Shown here: positions 29,168-37,502 of the stretch, piece after piece
Position numbering within the stretch: position 1 is the first letter of the stretch
Layout of the letters: the number at the start of each line of letters is the position of its first letter
Source: Nitrososphaeria archaeon
GTDB taxonomy: Archaea > Thermoproteota > Nitrososphaeria > JACIWG01
Reading direction: 5' to 3'
DNA length: 39,590 nucleotides
Assembly: GCA_029776125.1 (NCBI GenBank)
Contig: JARVJS010000006.1
Span: 1-39,590, forward strand
Notes under the pieces: model-generated
What the model saw: the letters and a program-made list of their open reading frames with translations, nothing else
The model's database searches: none
Told to the model about the DNA's origin: nothing
Program-made: the position numbers and the translations under genes

Positions 29168-30013
29168 ATGGAATTAATTGAAAAAATTAAAACATTACTA
29201 GTTAATGAACAGCAAAAAAACGAAAAAACACAAATGCTTGCAACTCAAGAAATTCAGGAAGAAGAGGATCAAGAAGAGATACAAGAGCAGGTTAAAGAGT
29301 CCTACATTGCAGCAATTGTAGATGTAGCAAATTTTATGGACAGAGATCTTACAAATTTATTTGAAAAAGTTTTTGTCATAACCAACAATGCAAATGCAGA
29401 TATAATTGCAATAGTAAACATTCACAGAAAAGAAATCATTGAAAAGATTGAAACCATTGCAAACATATTTAAGAAGTTTTCTGTGCTTGTCTATTTTGCT
29501 ACCTCTGAGACTGACATTGAAGTTACTAAATTTGCCATGCGGAAAATAAATCTTGGTATAGGAAAAGTATTAGTTGCAACAGGAGACTTTGGTTTAATTC
29601 AAACTATTGCCTCGTTTGTTTCCCCTGAAAAGGTTGGATTTTTCATTGACAAAAATAATATTCCCTCTCAAATACACTCTCTCACTCAGATAGGATATTC
29701 TGTTCGTATTGCAGACATAATCTCAAAGAAAGAAGGATTAATAAGAAGGTTAATACATGTATCACCAAACTATATTCGTAGGGCAAGAAACTACAGTTTA
29801 CCCGATGAAATAGAGGAAAAGATACTGAGCGTCCTACCTAAAACAACAGAGGAATTAAAAGCCTTTATTGAGCAAAACAACCTTATGAATAACATTGACA
29901 ACTACAAAGTTGAACTTGCCTCTCTTGCAATAAGAAATAAAGTAAAATTTTTCCATGACAAAGAGAAAAATATCGTAACAGTCCTTCCTGTATCATCTAA
30001 ACAGGAAAATTAA
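29168..30013 (+). CDS. hypothetical protein with a divergent NYN/PIN-like domain
   Basis: IVDVAN, ETDIE and VATGD are spaced like NYN catalytic motifs. Confidence 0.5.
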   Translation: MELIEKIKTLLVNEQQKNEKTQMLATQEIQEEEDQEEIQEQVKESYIAAIVDVANFMDRDLTNLFEKVFVITNNANADIIAIVNIHRKEIIEKIETIANIFKKFSVLVYFATSETDIEVTKFAMRKINLGIGKVLVATGDFGLIQTIASFVSPEKVGFFIDKNNIPSQIHSLTQIGYSVRIADIISKKEGLIRRLIHVSPNYIRRARNYSLPDEIEEKILSVLPKTTEELKAFIEQNNLMNNIDNYKVELASLAIRNKVKFFHDKEKNIVTVLPVSSKQEN

Positions 30014-30031
30014 TAAAAGACAGAGACAAAC

Positions 30032-30080
30032 AAAAAACCCACTAAGGGTTCTCTTAATGAGAAACGCCTTAGTGGGTTTT
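30032..30080. terminator. bidirectional intrinsic terminator at a convergence point
   Basis: AAAACCCACTAAGG...CCTTAGTGGGTTTT stem with A/T tracts on both sides. Confidence 0.75.
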
Positions 30081-30084
30081 CCCC

Positions 30085-30355
30085 AATAAAAAAGCCCGCC
30101 GAATGCACGGGCGGTTGGTGAGGGAACCAACCCTCCCCGTCGGCGGGCTAAAGCAAATTTGTTAGGTGGAGATTAAATTATTCTCCACCTAACAAACCGA
30201 AATACTGACTCTCCCCCAACCCATCCAAGATGGAATTAGGAGAGAATAAAAAAAGCTTATTTCTGGATTTTTTTATCTCTCAGGTGCCCCTGAGAGAATT
30301 TTTATAGATTGGCTTGTTAGCCAATCTATAATAGCCCTTTGCGGGCTAAAAAATA
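30085..30355 (-). ncRNA. candidate multi-hairpin non-coding RNA
   Basis: Six consecutive hairpins and no ORF; TTGACA-N17-TAGTAT promoter at 30390-30362; the last hairpin is followed by a U-tract. Confidence 0.45.
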
Positions 30356-30436
30356 TAATTTATACTAACCTATACTTTACAGGTTGTCAAGTAGCAAAAT
30401 TTGATAGGCGAAAATTGACAATCAAAAGTTTAACCA

Positions 30437-30484
30437 AATAAAAAAGCCCGCTAAGGGCTCTCTTGAGGAGACTCCTTGCGGGCT
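30437..30484 (-). terminator. repeated terminator-like element, copy 1 (others at 32224-32278 and 34077-34131)
   Basis: AGCCCGC..AAG-[CTC/GAG inner stem]-CTTAGCGGGCTTTTTT directly after a minus-strand stop codon. Confidence 0.75.
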
Positions 30485-30494
30485 ATGAGATAAA

Positions 30495-30722
30495 TTATTC
30501 AGTTCCATTTAATTCCGCTAAAACCATCTCTACAACTTCTGTTCTATCAACACCTGGATCTTCGTCATCCCAAATTACTTCGTATTCAGGCTCAAGCTCT
30601 AATCCACCAACTATATTTTTTGTTTCTATAACTACCCCTTCATAGGTTTTACCTTTCCATTCAATTTCAAAAGGGATAGTTCTTTCGTATGATACCTCAT
30701 CCTCAAATACTCTTATTTTCAT
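30495..30722 (-). CDS. small acidic hypothetical protein
   Basis: AGGAGG RBS; D/E-rich; paralog of 30879-31115 (PFE....GKTYEG). Confidence 0.75.
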   Translation of the reverse strand: MKIRVFEDEVSYERTIPFEIEWKGKTYEGVVIETKNIVGGLELEPEYEVIWDDEDPGVDRTEVVEMVLAELNGTE

Positions 30723-30868
30723 AGATACACCTCCTTTAATATTTTGTTTTTCTTATTCTTAAAATTCTTACACTCATTCTTACTGCTTCTTTTCCTTTTA
30801 TCCTCTGCTACCCTATGGGCTTTGCGTAGGAAAAGAACCGCATCCATTGGTAATCTTGCTTTTATCAT
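30719..30868 (-). CDS. 49-aa basic peptide (absent from the ORF track)
   Basis: AAGGAGGTG RBS; MIKARLPMDAVLFLRKAHRVAEDKRKRSSKNECKNFKNKKNKILKEVYL; ATGA overlap with the next gene. Confidence 0.7.
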   Translation of the reverse strand: MIKARLPMDAVLFLRKAHRVAEDKRKRSSKNECKNFKNKKNKILKEVYL

Positions 30869-30878
30869 GTGCACCTCC

Positions 30879-31115
30879 TTAATTTGTTAATTTTTGTGAT
30901 TCTTCTAAAAAGCAATTTAACACTTTCTTAAAGATTTCTGCTTCAGTAACAGGGTCTATATCCTCAAGAAAAGTAATTTCTGCATCCTCTTCAAAAGTTC
31001 CATTGACATCAAGGTAAGATATTTCAAGTATGCCTTCATAAGTTTTGCCTTGATGCGTAACTTCAAAGGGATAGGTTTTAATTATGTTTTCTTTGTCATA
31101 AAATATTTTTACCAT
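30879..31115 (-). CDS. small acidic hypothetical protein
   Basis: AGGAGGG RBS; paralog of 30495-30722. Confidence 0.75.
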   Translation of the reverse strand: MVKIFYDKENIIKTYPFEVTHQGKTYEGILEISYLDVNGTFEEDAEITFLEDIDPVTEAEIFKKVLNCFLEESQKLTN

Positions 31116-31142
31116 AATTTTCCCTCCTTTTTTTAATTAAAA

Positions 31143-31613
31143 TTACATTTTAATTCCATAGGCATTTTTCTCAATTTGTTCTTGTAATGGAATGACCTCT
31201 AATGGAATTTTACTTGATAGAATATTGATGAAATTGTCCAAATCCCGACTGTCGTTTTCTACTTTGTATTCATACCACTTACTTTCAATCTCCTCTGGAT
31301 TAATCTCTATTGGAATACGAATGATTTTTTGAGTGAAATTACTATCTTCATCAAAAAATACAATATGCTGATAATCTTGTTCTAAATAGTTCCTTATCAA
31401 AGAAAAATGTTCACCTTTGATAAAAAGTTCTATTAGACATTCTGCACAAAGAGGATTGGCATCCCCATGATTTAAGATAAGGTCTAAATGTTCTTTTGCT
31501 TTTTCGTAACTTTCCCCCATCCAATAAAGATAATCCGTCTCTTTAGCACAATTTCCACATTTGTTAGTACCTAATTCTTTAGCAGAAAATTTAAATATTT
31601 TTTCCTTTTTCAT
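31143..31613 (-). CDS. hypothetical protein with CxxC...CxxC
   Basis: AGGAG RBS; CGNC and CAEC. Confidence 0.7.
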   Translation of the reverse strand: MKKEKIFKFSAKELGTNKCGNCAKETDYLYWMGESYEKAKEHLDLILNHGDANPLCAECLIELFIKGEHFSLIRNYLEQDYQHIVFFDEDSNFTQKIIRIPIEINPEEIESKWYEYKVENDSRDLDNFINILSSKIPLEVIPLQEQIEKNAYGIKM

Positions 31614-31659
31614 ATAATTCTCCTTTTTAAATAAATTAATTCGTCAAAGACGAATTTCA

Positions 31660-31986
31660 CTACATTAATAAAACTTTTAATTCATCAAAAACTGCAAATT
31701 TTAAATCCTCAAAATCTTTCTTTGTTATATCTGTTTCTCTCCCGTTTTTAATTTTTATTACTCCAAGCGTGTTGAAATAATTAGTTTTCCATTTGGGAGT
31801 TTCAATGTAAATTAAGTTTCCATCTCTTTTTAAATTCACATTGTTTAAGACAATATTATATCCATGTTTAAATCCAATAATATCTGCCACAAATGCTCCA
31901 ATGTCATAAATAAACTCAGCTTCCTCAAAATCATTAAATCCAAATCTCCATAAAAATTTTTCTCTTGATATAGTTTGATTTTTCAT
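31660..31986 (-). CDS. hypothetical protein
   Basis: AGGAGG RBS; first gene downstream of promoter module A. Confidence 0.7.
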   Translation of the reverse strand: MKNQTISREKFLWRFGFNDFEEAEFIYDIGAFVADIIGFKHGYNIVLNNVNLKRDGNLIYIETPKWKTNYFNTLGVIKIKNGRETDITKKDFEDLKFAVFDELKVLLM

Positions 31987-32180
31987 ATAACCTCCTTTTA
32001 ATAAATAATTAATCCGCCAAGGGCGGATTTTATAGAAATATTAAATTACTTGTTTTTAAGGATATGACCTTTTTGGCGGGATCTGAGGTTACATAACCTC
32101 AGAGAAAGGGATTGGAAACAAACTATTACACTATCAGATTACCACTATATCCCACAGGTGTCAAGTGGTAAATTTTGATA
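31987..32180 (-). repeat. promoter plus structured leader module, copy A
   Basis: TTGACA(32164-32159)-N17-TAATCT, TCTGAGG..CCTCAGA hairpin and AATCCGCC..GGCGGATT hairpin; homologous to 35656-35853. Confidence 0.8.
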
Positions 32181-32193
32181 GTCATCTTGTTTG

Positions 32194-32278
32194 GTGGAAA
32201 ATTTTTCCACCATGTATAAAGCCAATAAAAAAGCCCGCTAAGGGCTCTCTTGAGGAGAGACTTCCTTGCGGGCTTTGA
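32194..32278. repeat. 85-bp direct repeat, copy 1 (copy 2 at 34047-34131)
   Basis: GTGGAAAATTTTTCCACCATGTATAAAGCCAATAAAAAAGCCCGCT... is near-identical at both sites. Confidence 0.9.
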
Positions 32279-32290
32279 TGTTGGAGTTAA

Positions 32291-33181
32291 TTATGTAAAT
32301 AAAGTTTTTGATGGAGTTTTCTGCTGTGCTGCCTTCCTTCTTGTTGCCAAAATCTCTACCAATATCTGTTTAAGCTTAATTTGAAAATCAACAAAGAAAT
32401 CCCAATCATCAGGAACAACAAACACTAAAAAATCAGATGAAGCAAAGCCATTCACCTGCCGAAAAACATCGGAGCATGCTATCACAAGATCAGGCTTATA
32501 AGGATATTTGCCATTGAACTGAGACTTCAGATGATAGAGAAATTGCAGGAGTCTGTTTCTTTGGTAGGTGATTTTTATTTTCTCAATAAAAGCATATAAA
32601 GTTTTCACAACTACCTGTTTTTTATCACCAATTTTTCTAAATAAGCAATCCTGCAGAGAGAAATATATATTGCCTTTAGTCTCTACTTGAGGAAGGCTCT
32701 TGCCATAATACTGTTCCACTTTTTCAGTTATCAACTTCTTTTCGATTGGTGTTAACGATGGAATTAAAGAAAGTTGTTCTGTTTGCGAATAAAAACGCTC
32801 ACTGTTAAGATAGTTTTCGTTCTTATAAAGCAAGATATTCCCAAAAATATCGGTTTTGCCTGTTAGGAAGTCCATTAATTTCTGTTGTTTGTTATCTGTT
32901 TCATAGTTAGGATGAAAATCCCAATAGGTAGTGAAATTAACATCTTCCGCAAAATGCCTATAATAGTCTTCAGGTAGATTTTGAAGTTGTCTTCTGCGTT
33001 GGTCAGAAACACAGTTATTGATAACATCCCAAAATATCTCCCAATAGGGAAACTCCTTTTCAAGTTCAGAAGGAAAATCCATTGGAATAGCTCCTTCTTG
33101 TGAGTAGAAAATAACAAGTTCTCCTGTGCGAGAATCCTTCCCGAAAAACCTCACTGTGCCTGTTGCTTTAACTTCTCCCAT
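32291..33181 (-). CDS. hypothetical protein
   Basis: Long ORF; AGGAGG RBS supports the start MGEVK at 33181. Confidence 0.7.
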   Translation of the reverse strand: MGEVKATGTVRFFGKDSRTGELVIFYSQEGAIPMDFPSELEKEFPYWEIFWDVINNCVSDQRRRQLQNLPEDYYRHFAEDVNFTTYWDFHPNYETDNKQQKLMDFLTGKTDIFGNILLYKNENYLNSERFYSQTEQLSLIPSLTPIEKKLITEKVEQYYGKSLPQVETKGNIYFSLQDCLFRKIGDKKQVVVKTLYAFIEKIKITYQRNRLLQFLYHLKSQFNGKYPYKPDLVIACSDVFRQVNGFASSDFLVFVVPDDWDFFVDFQIKLKQILVEILATRRKAAQQKTPSKTLFT

Positions 33182-33269
33182 AAAAACCTCCTTAATTGTT
33201 ATATAAAGAGCCATACGCTCCTTATATAATTAATGCAATTTGAAATATTAAAAATTTTTGTTAGACAAA

Positions 33270-33300
33270 TTTTGATTAATATAGGTACCCTATATGTAGG
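33270..33300 (+). promoter_or_regulatory. 31-bp recurrent operon-head motif, copy 6
   Basis: TTTTGATTAATATAGGTACCCTATATGTAGG, immediately followed by ATG at 33301. Confidence 0.75.
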
Positions 33301-34047
33301 ATGAATAAAACTTTAATTGAATGGTGTGATTATACATGGAACCCTATAACAGGCTGTTTCCATCCCTGCAAAAACACTTACTGTTATAACACCACAAAAC
33401 TATCTTCTCCATTAAACAGATTTGGTGCTAAATATAAACAAAATGGAACTTTTCATTTTGAAAAAAATTGGAAAAGCAGACAAACAGGACAGTGTCATGT
33501 AGCAGAGAAAGGAGAAATTTATCCTTATGGCTATGATCCAACTTTTTATCCTCACAGGCTTGATGAACCTCTGAAAATAAAAAAACCTGCGAAAATATTC
33601 GTTGTAGATACAGGAGATATGTTTGGAAATTGGGTTCCAGAGGAATGGATTGAACAAATTTTAAATGTGGTAAAACATTGTAGCTGGCATACTTTTCAGT
33701 TTCTTACAAAGAATCCTGAAAGGCTTATTAAGTATGAATTTCCCGATAATGCATGGGTAGGAACGTCGGTAAACTCAGACATAGATGTCAAACGATCAAA
33801 TATTATCAAACAAGCAAAGGCAAAAATAAAATACTTAAGCATTGAACCTCTACTTGGATCTATTACTTTTGACCTAAAAGGAATAGATTGGATAATTATA
33901 GGAGCTCAAACAGGTAAAAATCCTTTTGTGCCTAAAACAGAATGGATTGATAAAATAATCAAACAATCAAATAAATACAAAATACCTGTATTTTTTAAAG
34001 AAAACATTAAACAGTATTCAAACTATTTTGTTCAACAATTCCCTTAG
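33301..34047 (+). CDS. DUF5131 (phage Gp37/Gp68-like) three-Cys-motif protein
   Basis: IEWCDYTWNPITGC...C...YCY, IFV...GDMF, HTFQFLTKNP, WVGTSV, SIEPLL, IDWIIIG and PVFFK. Confidence 0.88.
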   Translation: MNKTLIEWCDYTWNPITGCFHPCKNTYCYNTTKLSSPLNRFGAKYKQNGTFHFEKNWKSRQTGQCHVAEKGEIYPYGYDPTFYPHRLDEPLKIKKPAKIFVVDTGDMFGNWVPEEWIEQILNVVKHCSWHTFQFLTKNPERLIKYEFPDNAWVGTSVNSDIDVKRSNIIKQAKAKIKYLSIEPLLGSITFDLKGIDWIIIGAQTGKNPFVPKTEWIDKIIKQSNKYKIPVFFKENIKQYSNYFVQQFP

Positions 34048-34131
34048 TGGAAAATTTTTCCACCATGTATAAAGCCAATAAAAAAGCCCGCTTAGGGCTC
34101 TCTTAAGGAGAGACACTTTAGCGGGCTTTGA
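34047..34131. repeat. 85-bp direct repeat, copy 2
   Basis: Matches 32194-32278. Confidence 0.9.
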
Positions 34132-34137
34132 GAAAAA

Positions 34138-35304
34138 TCATTTCCTCTTTCTTAACTGCAAGGCTATAAAGACCATTGGGACTGCTTTGCAAGCTCCCAT
34201 TTCCTCTTTATAGACCTGTGCTTTAAGTACTTCTACTTCGTATCCATATTTTTCTGCTATTTCTTTATACTTATTAGGTATTACAGTTTTTCTTGCCTCG
34301 TGCATGTTTTTTTCCTTTGGGCAAGTCTGCTGATACACCTCAAGGACATCAGAGGTTTCTCTACCGCCCATAAAGGTTAAAGCAACAAGGCATTCATCTT
34401 TGAGGAAACCATTTTTAATTGCATTTTCAAATACTTGAAGTCTCTGAAAATTAAATTGTCCCATATAGTCCAACCAAAGTAAATCAAACAAAAAGGAATG
34501 CTTTTCCTGAGCAAAAAACTCTTTATCGCTTATATTGTAGAAATCAATATTTTTAACAGGTGGCATATTGTGTTTGCTAAATTCATACACCACAGGGTCA
34601 ACTTCAATTCCTACTATACTTTTACAATTGTTTTGTAAAAGTAAGTCTCTCTCAAATATCCATTCTGTACCGGGTAAGGTAAAAGCAGAAATTGGAGAGT
34701 AAGACTTGGCAAGCTCAAGTAAGTATTTTCTTATTTCAAATTTTTCAAGTCGGTAGGAGAGATTGATTACTGTGTTTGTTTTCCCAGGGGTAGAAGCTTT
34801 AAGCATTTTAGAAGTAATTTTTTGTTTCTTATGGTTTTCTTTACAAAGAGGATTAGACGCTTTTAATTTTTTTAATTTTGCGATTCTGTTTTTTATTCTT
34901 TCATAATCATCGGTAAATATATATTTTTTCACTCCATTTGGAATAGAATCATAATATTGACATACTTTTTCAATATTTTCAGGAGTTCTTTCTGCTCTAT
35001 ATTGTTCATAGAATTTATAAAAATTGTTTCTTATCTGTAAGTAGTTGTTTTCAAATAAAGTACTAAGCTCTACTTCATTCTTTTTTCTGTTATTTTCAGG
35101 CTTATTTATAGCTTTCTTTTCGCTGTAGAGGTTATTTTTTATTCTAAAAACAACCCCTGCTACTGCATATATTTCTTTGCCTAATACATTTTTTTTGTCC
35201 TTTAAAGAAGAATACAATTCAACAATTTGATTAGCAACTTCTTTGTCTCTTGTTTTTCTAAATAAAGAAACTAAATTTAATATTTTTTCCCTTAATTCAA
35301 CCAT
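34138..35304 (-). CDS. hypothetical protein with a probable C-terminal SAM-dependent methyltransferase fold
   Basis: TLPG..., IVGIEVD and FDLLWLDYMG strand/acid pattern; helical basic N-terminus. Confidence 0.55.
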   Translation of the reverse strand: MVELREKILNLVSLFRKTRDKEVANQIVELYSSLKDKKNVLGKEIYAVAGVVFRIKNNLYSEKKAINKPENNRKKNEVELSTLFENNYLQIRNNFYKFYEQYRAERTPENIEKVCQYYDSIPNGVKKYIFTDDYERIKNRIAKLKKLKASNPLCKENHKKQKITSKMLKASTPGKTNTVINLSYRLEKFEIRKYLLELAKSYSPISAFTLPGTEWIFERDLLLQNNCKSIVGIEVDPVVYEFSKHNMPPVKNIDFYNISDKEFFAQEKHSFLFDLLWLDYMGQFNFQRLQVFENAIKNGFLKDECLVALTFMGGRETSDVLEVYQQTCPKEKNMHEARKTVIPNKYKEIAEKYGYEVEVLKAQVYKEEMGACKAVPMVFIALQLRKRK

Positions 35305-35364
35305 ATAGTTCCCTCTTAAAATAAAAATTATTTATCCGCCAAGGGCGGATTCATAAGTAAAAAA

Positions 35365-35655
35365 TTAAATTGGTTTTGTTATTCCATATTTCTTATCACA
35401 AATTCTCAAATAAGGAGTTGTAGGCTCATCAGGATACTCAAAAGATATTAACCCTGGCTCACCATATAATAGAATTGATAATTTGTCTACAAGTTTCTTG
35501 ATTGCCTTCTCATGCTCTGTTTTTCTTTGTTCCTCCTTTTTTGTTAGCCCTCTCTGATAATCACAAAGTCCTAAATCAAACATTTTTTCACTCCAAAAAG
35601 AAAGTTCCTCTAAAACTTCCTTTGCCTCATAGAGTTTTTCAAGATTAGAAACCAT
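35365..35655 (-). CDS. hypothetical protein
   Basis: AGGAGG RBS; first gene downstream of promoter module B. Confidence 0.7.
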   Translation of the reverse strand: MVSNLEKLYEAKEVLEELSFWSEKMFDLGLCDYQRGLTKKEEQRKTEHEKAIKKLVDKLSILLYGEPGLISFEYPDEPTTPYLRICDKKYGITKPI

Positions 35656-35853
35656 ATAATCCTCCTTACAAACAATAAAATTAATCCGCCAGAGGCGGAT
35701 TTTATAAAATTCTATTGAATTATCTTTTCTTAGGATAGAACCTTTTTGGTAGGGTCTGAGGCTTAAGTAACCTCAGAGAAAGGGGTTGAACCAAACTACT
35801 ACACTATCAGAATACCACTGTATCCCACAGGTGTCAAGTGGTAAAATTTGGTA
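35656..35853 (-). repeat. promoter plus structured leader module, copy B
   Basis: TTGACA(35837-35832)-N17-TATTCT and the same hairpins as copy A. Confidence 0.8.
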
Positions 35854-35890
35854 GGCGAAATGATTGTCATAGAGGAAAAATCAACATAAC

Positions 35891-35942
35891 CACCATTGCG
35901 TAGAATCGCTTTAGAGACACTTTTTAGCTTTGACCTATACCT
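35891..35942. repeat. 52-bp direct repeat, left flank of the R-M cassette
   Basis: CACCATTGCGTAGAATCGCTTTAGAGACACTTTTTAGCTTTGACCTATACCT; one mismatch to 39341-39392. Confidence 0.92.
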
Positions 35943-35995
35943 ATATAAGTAGTTTTTATGTCTCTTTCTAAAGTTTAAAACACTAGCATTCAGAT

Positions 35996-36799
35996 TTAAA
36001 TATTGGTATTATTTTGAAAGTTTTTGTCTTTTATTAAATCTAAAAGATACTGTACATATTCATTTGTATATACACCAAAATTATTAGGCAAAAATTTTAA
36101 AGAGTGCTTAAATCCTTGTTTTAAGGTATACGGAAAATCAATATGTATTCCTGAGAGTTTATTTGAATGTTTCATATTACGTTTTTTTTCACGATAAAAC
36201 TTGGCTCTTTTTGATTCAATAAATATATGAATATTGTATTTTTCTTTAAATGTTGGATCAAATATTATACAATCAACTCCTAATCTGTCTAAAGTAGAGC
36301 TACGGAATATCAAATATCCTTGTGGAACAAAAACAGTTGCTAAAAGTATAACTGCATGATATTCGGTTAAAAAACCGAATTGTGTACGATAAAGTCTGGC
36401 TTGCAGATGTTTGTGAAAATCTTTTCCTAAAGATTTTATAATAGGGGAAAATTCCAGATAAAGTTTATTTTTATATTTTTCCAAATAAAGAGAAGCAAAT
36501 TCCGGGAAATCTATCCATTTCTTTTCATTCCAGAAAAGAATTTCTAAAAGTTCAGTCGGATTAAGTTCACCTTTTAAATCTACCTCAAAGCCTTTATAAT
36601 TTTTAAAATTTGGATTAACAGATAATGTTGAAAGAAATTTTTCAAGTTCACATAAATTATATTCAGAAGGATTAACCTGAAAAAGTTCTATATTATAGTT
36701 TTTACTATTTATCTTTAATTTTTTCAAGCAAAATATCCCATGTATAGTAATTAAATGATGAAGTTTTATTGTTAACAATATGTTTAAGAAATTCCTCAA
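35996..36799 (-). CDS. second, divergent TaqI-family endonuclease-like protein (true start uncertain, possibly TTG near 36727)
   Basis: FL..L, E.DL..ELNP, ARLYRT, LD.LGVD, FPYTL and L.N.FGVY blocks are collinear with the neighbouring TaqI-like enzyme. Confidence 0.7.
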   Translation of the reverse strand: MRNFLNILLTIKLHHLITIHGIFCLKKLKINSKNYNIELFQVNPSEYNLCELEKFLSTLSVNPNFKNYKGFEVDLKGELNPTELLEILFWNEKKWIDFPEFASLYLEKYKNKLYLEFSPIIKSLGKDFHKHLQARLYRTQFGFLTEYHAVILLATVFVPQGYLIFRSSTLDRLGVDCIIFDPTFKEKYNIHIFIESKRAKFYREKKRNMKHSNKLSGIHIDFPYTLKQGFKHSLKFLPNNFGVYTNEYVQYLLDLIKDKNFQNNTNI

Positions 36800-37502
36800 C
36801 GGTTTTTGGATATTCTGGATCGAATATTACAAAATCGTTTTTAAGCCAACGTTGAAATTTATAAGCACACAAATAAAACAATTCTGCTTGACTTTTGCGG
36901 ATTTTACTGCGTGCTCTATGAATAATTTTTAGCCATTCATCTGGTTTAGTTAAAGTATATGGGATTTCAATCACTATTTCATATTCGTGTTGACGATTTG
37001 CAAATCTTCCGCCAGTGTTGGCTTCACTTCTATAAGTTTCTTTTTTTATCTGTAAAGCAATTTTAGTGTTTTGTATATTTACTTCAGCATCAATGCCTTT
37101 TAGGTCTAATTCTGAATTAGTATTTAATGCAGATAAACATGATAACTTCCATGTATAACAAAAATGAAATTGCGTTAACACTGAAATTGTAGTACGATAA
37201 AGTCTTGCTTTGAATCCTTTACGGATAAATTCCCATGAGCATCCCCAAAAGTATTTGCGAACAAACTCATCTATAAAAGAAAGTTTGCTTTCCCACCAAT
37301 TATCAAAAAAATTTTCAAAACTTGGGAAATTTTTTATCACCTCTGTCCAGTAAGCATCATAAATTGCCGGTATTGGATTGAGAGATCTAGGTAAATCTTG
37401 CTCTACTGTTTTAACAGAAAGAAGTTCTTCCCTATACTGTTCAAGTGGAATGCTCTCTAAAAAATTTTCAAAAGCCGAAAGAATATTTTTAATGCTTTCC
37501 AT
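36705..37502 (-). CDS. taqIR: TaqI-like type II restriction endonuclease (TCGA predicted)
   Basis: KTVEQDLPR.LNP, KYFWGCS, ARLYRT, TQFHFCY, QIKKETYRSEA and IEIPYTL, as recalled for R.TaqI. Confidence 0.88.
   Translation of the reverse strand: MESIKNILSAFENFLESIPLEQYREELLSVKTVEQDLPRSLNPIPAIYDAYWTEVIKNFPSFENFFDNWWESKLSFIDEFVRKYFWGCSWEFIRKGFKARLYRTTISVLTQFHFCYTWKLSCLSALNTNSELDLKGIDAEVNIQNTKIALQIKKETYRSEANTGGRFANRQHEYEIVIEIPYTLTKPDEWLKIIHRARSKIRKSQAELFYLCAYKFQRWLKNDFVIFDPEYPKTVEEFLKHIVNNKTSSFNYYTWDILLEKIKDK

Noticed and set aside
30826-30839. GTAGGAAAAGAACC as a solitary repeat or RNA anti-CRISPR
   Set aside because: Only 11 nt match the type III repeat, and it lies within a coding sequence on the opposite strand.
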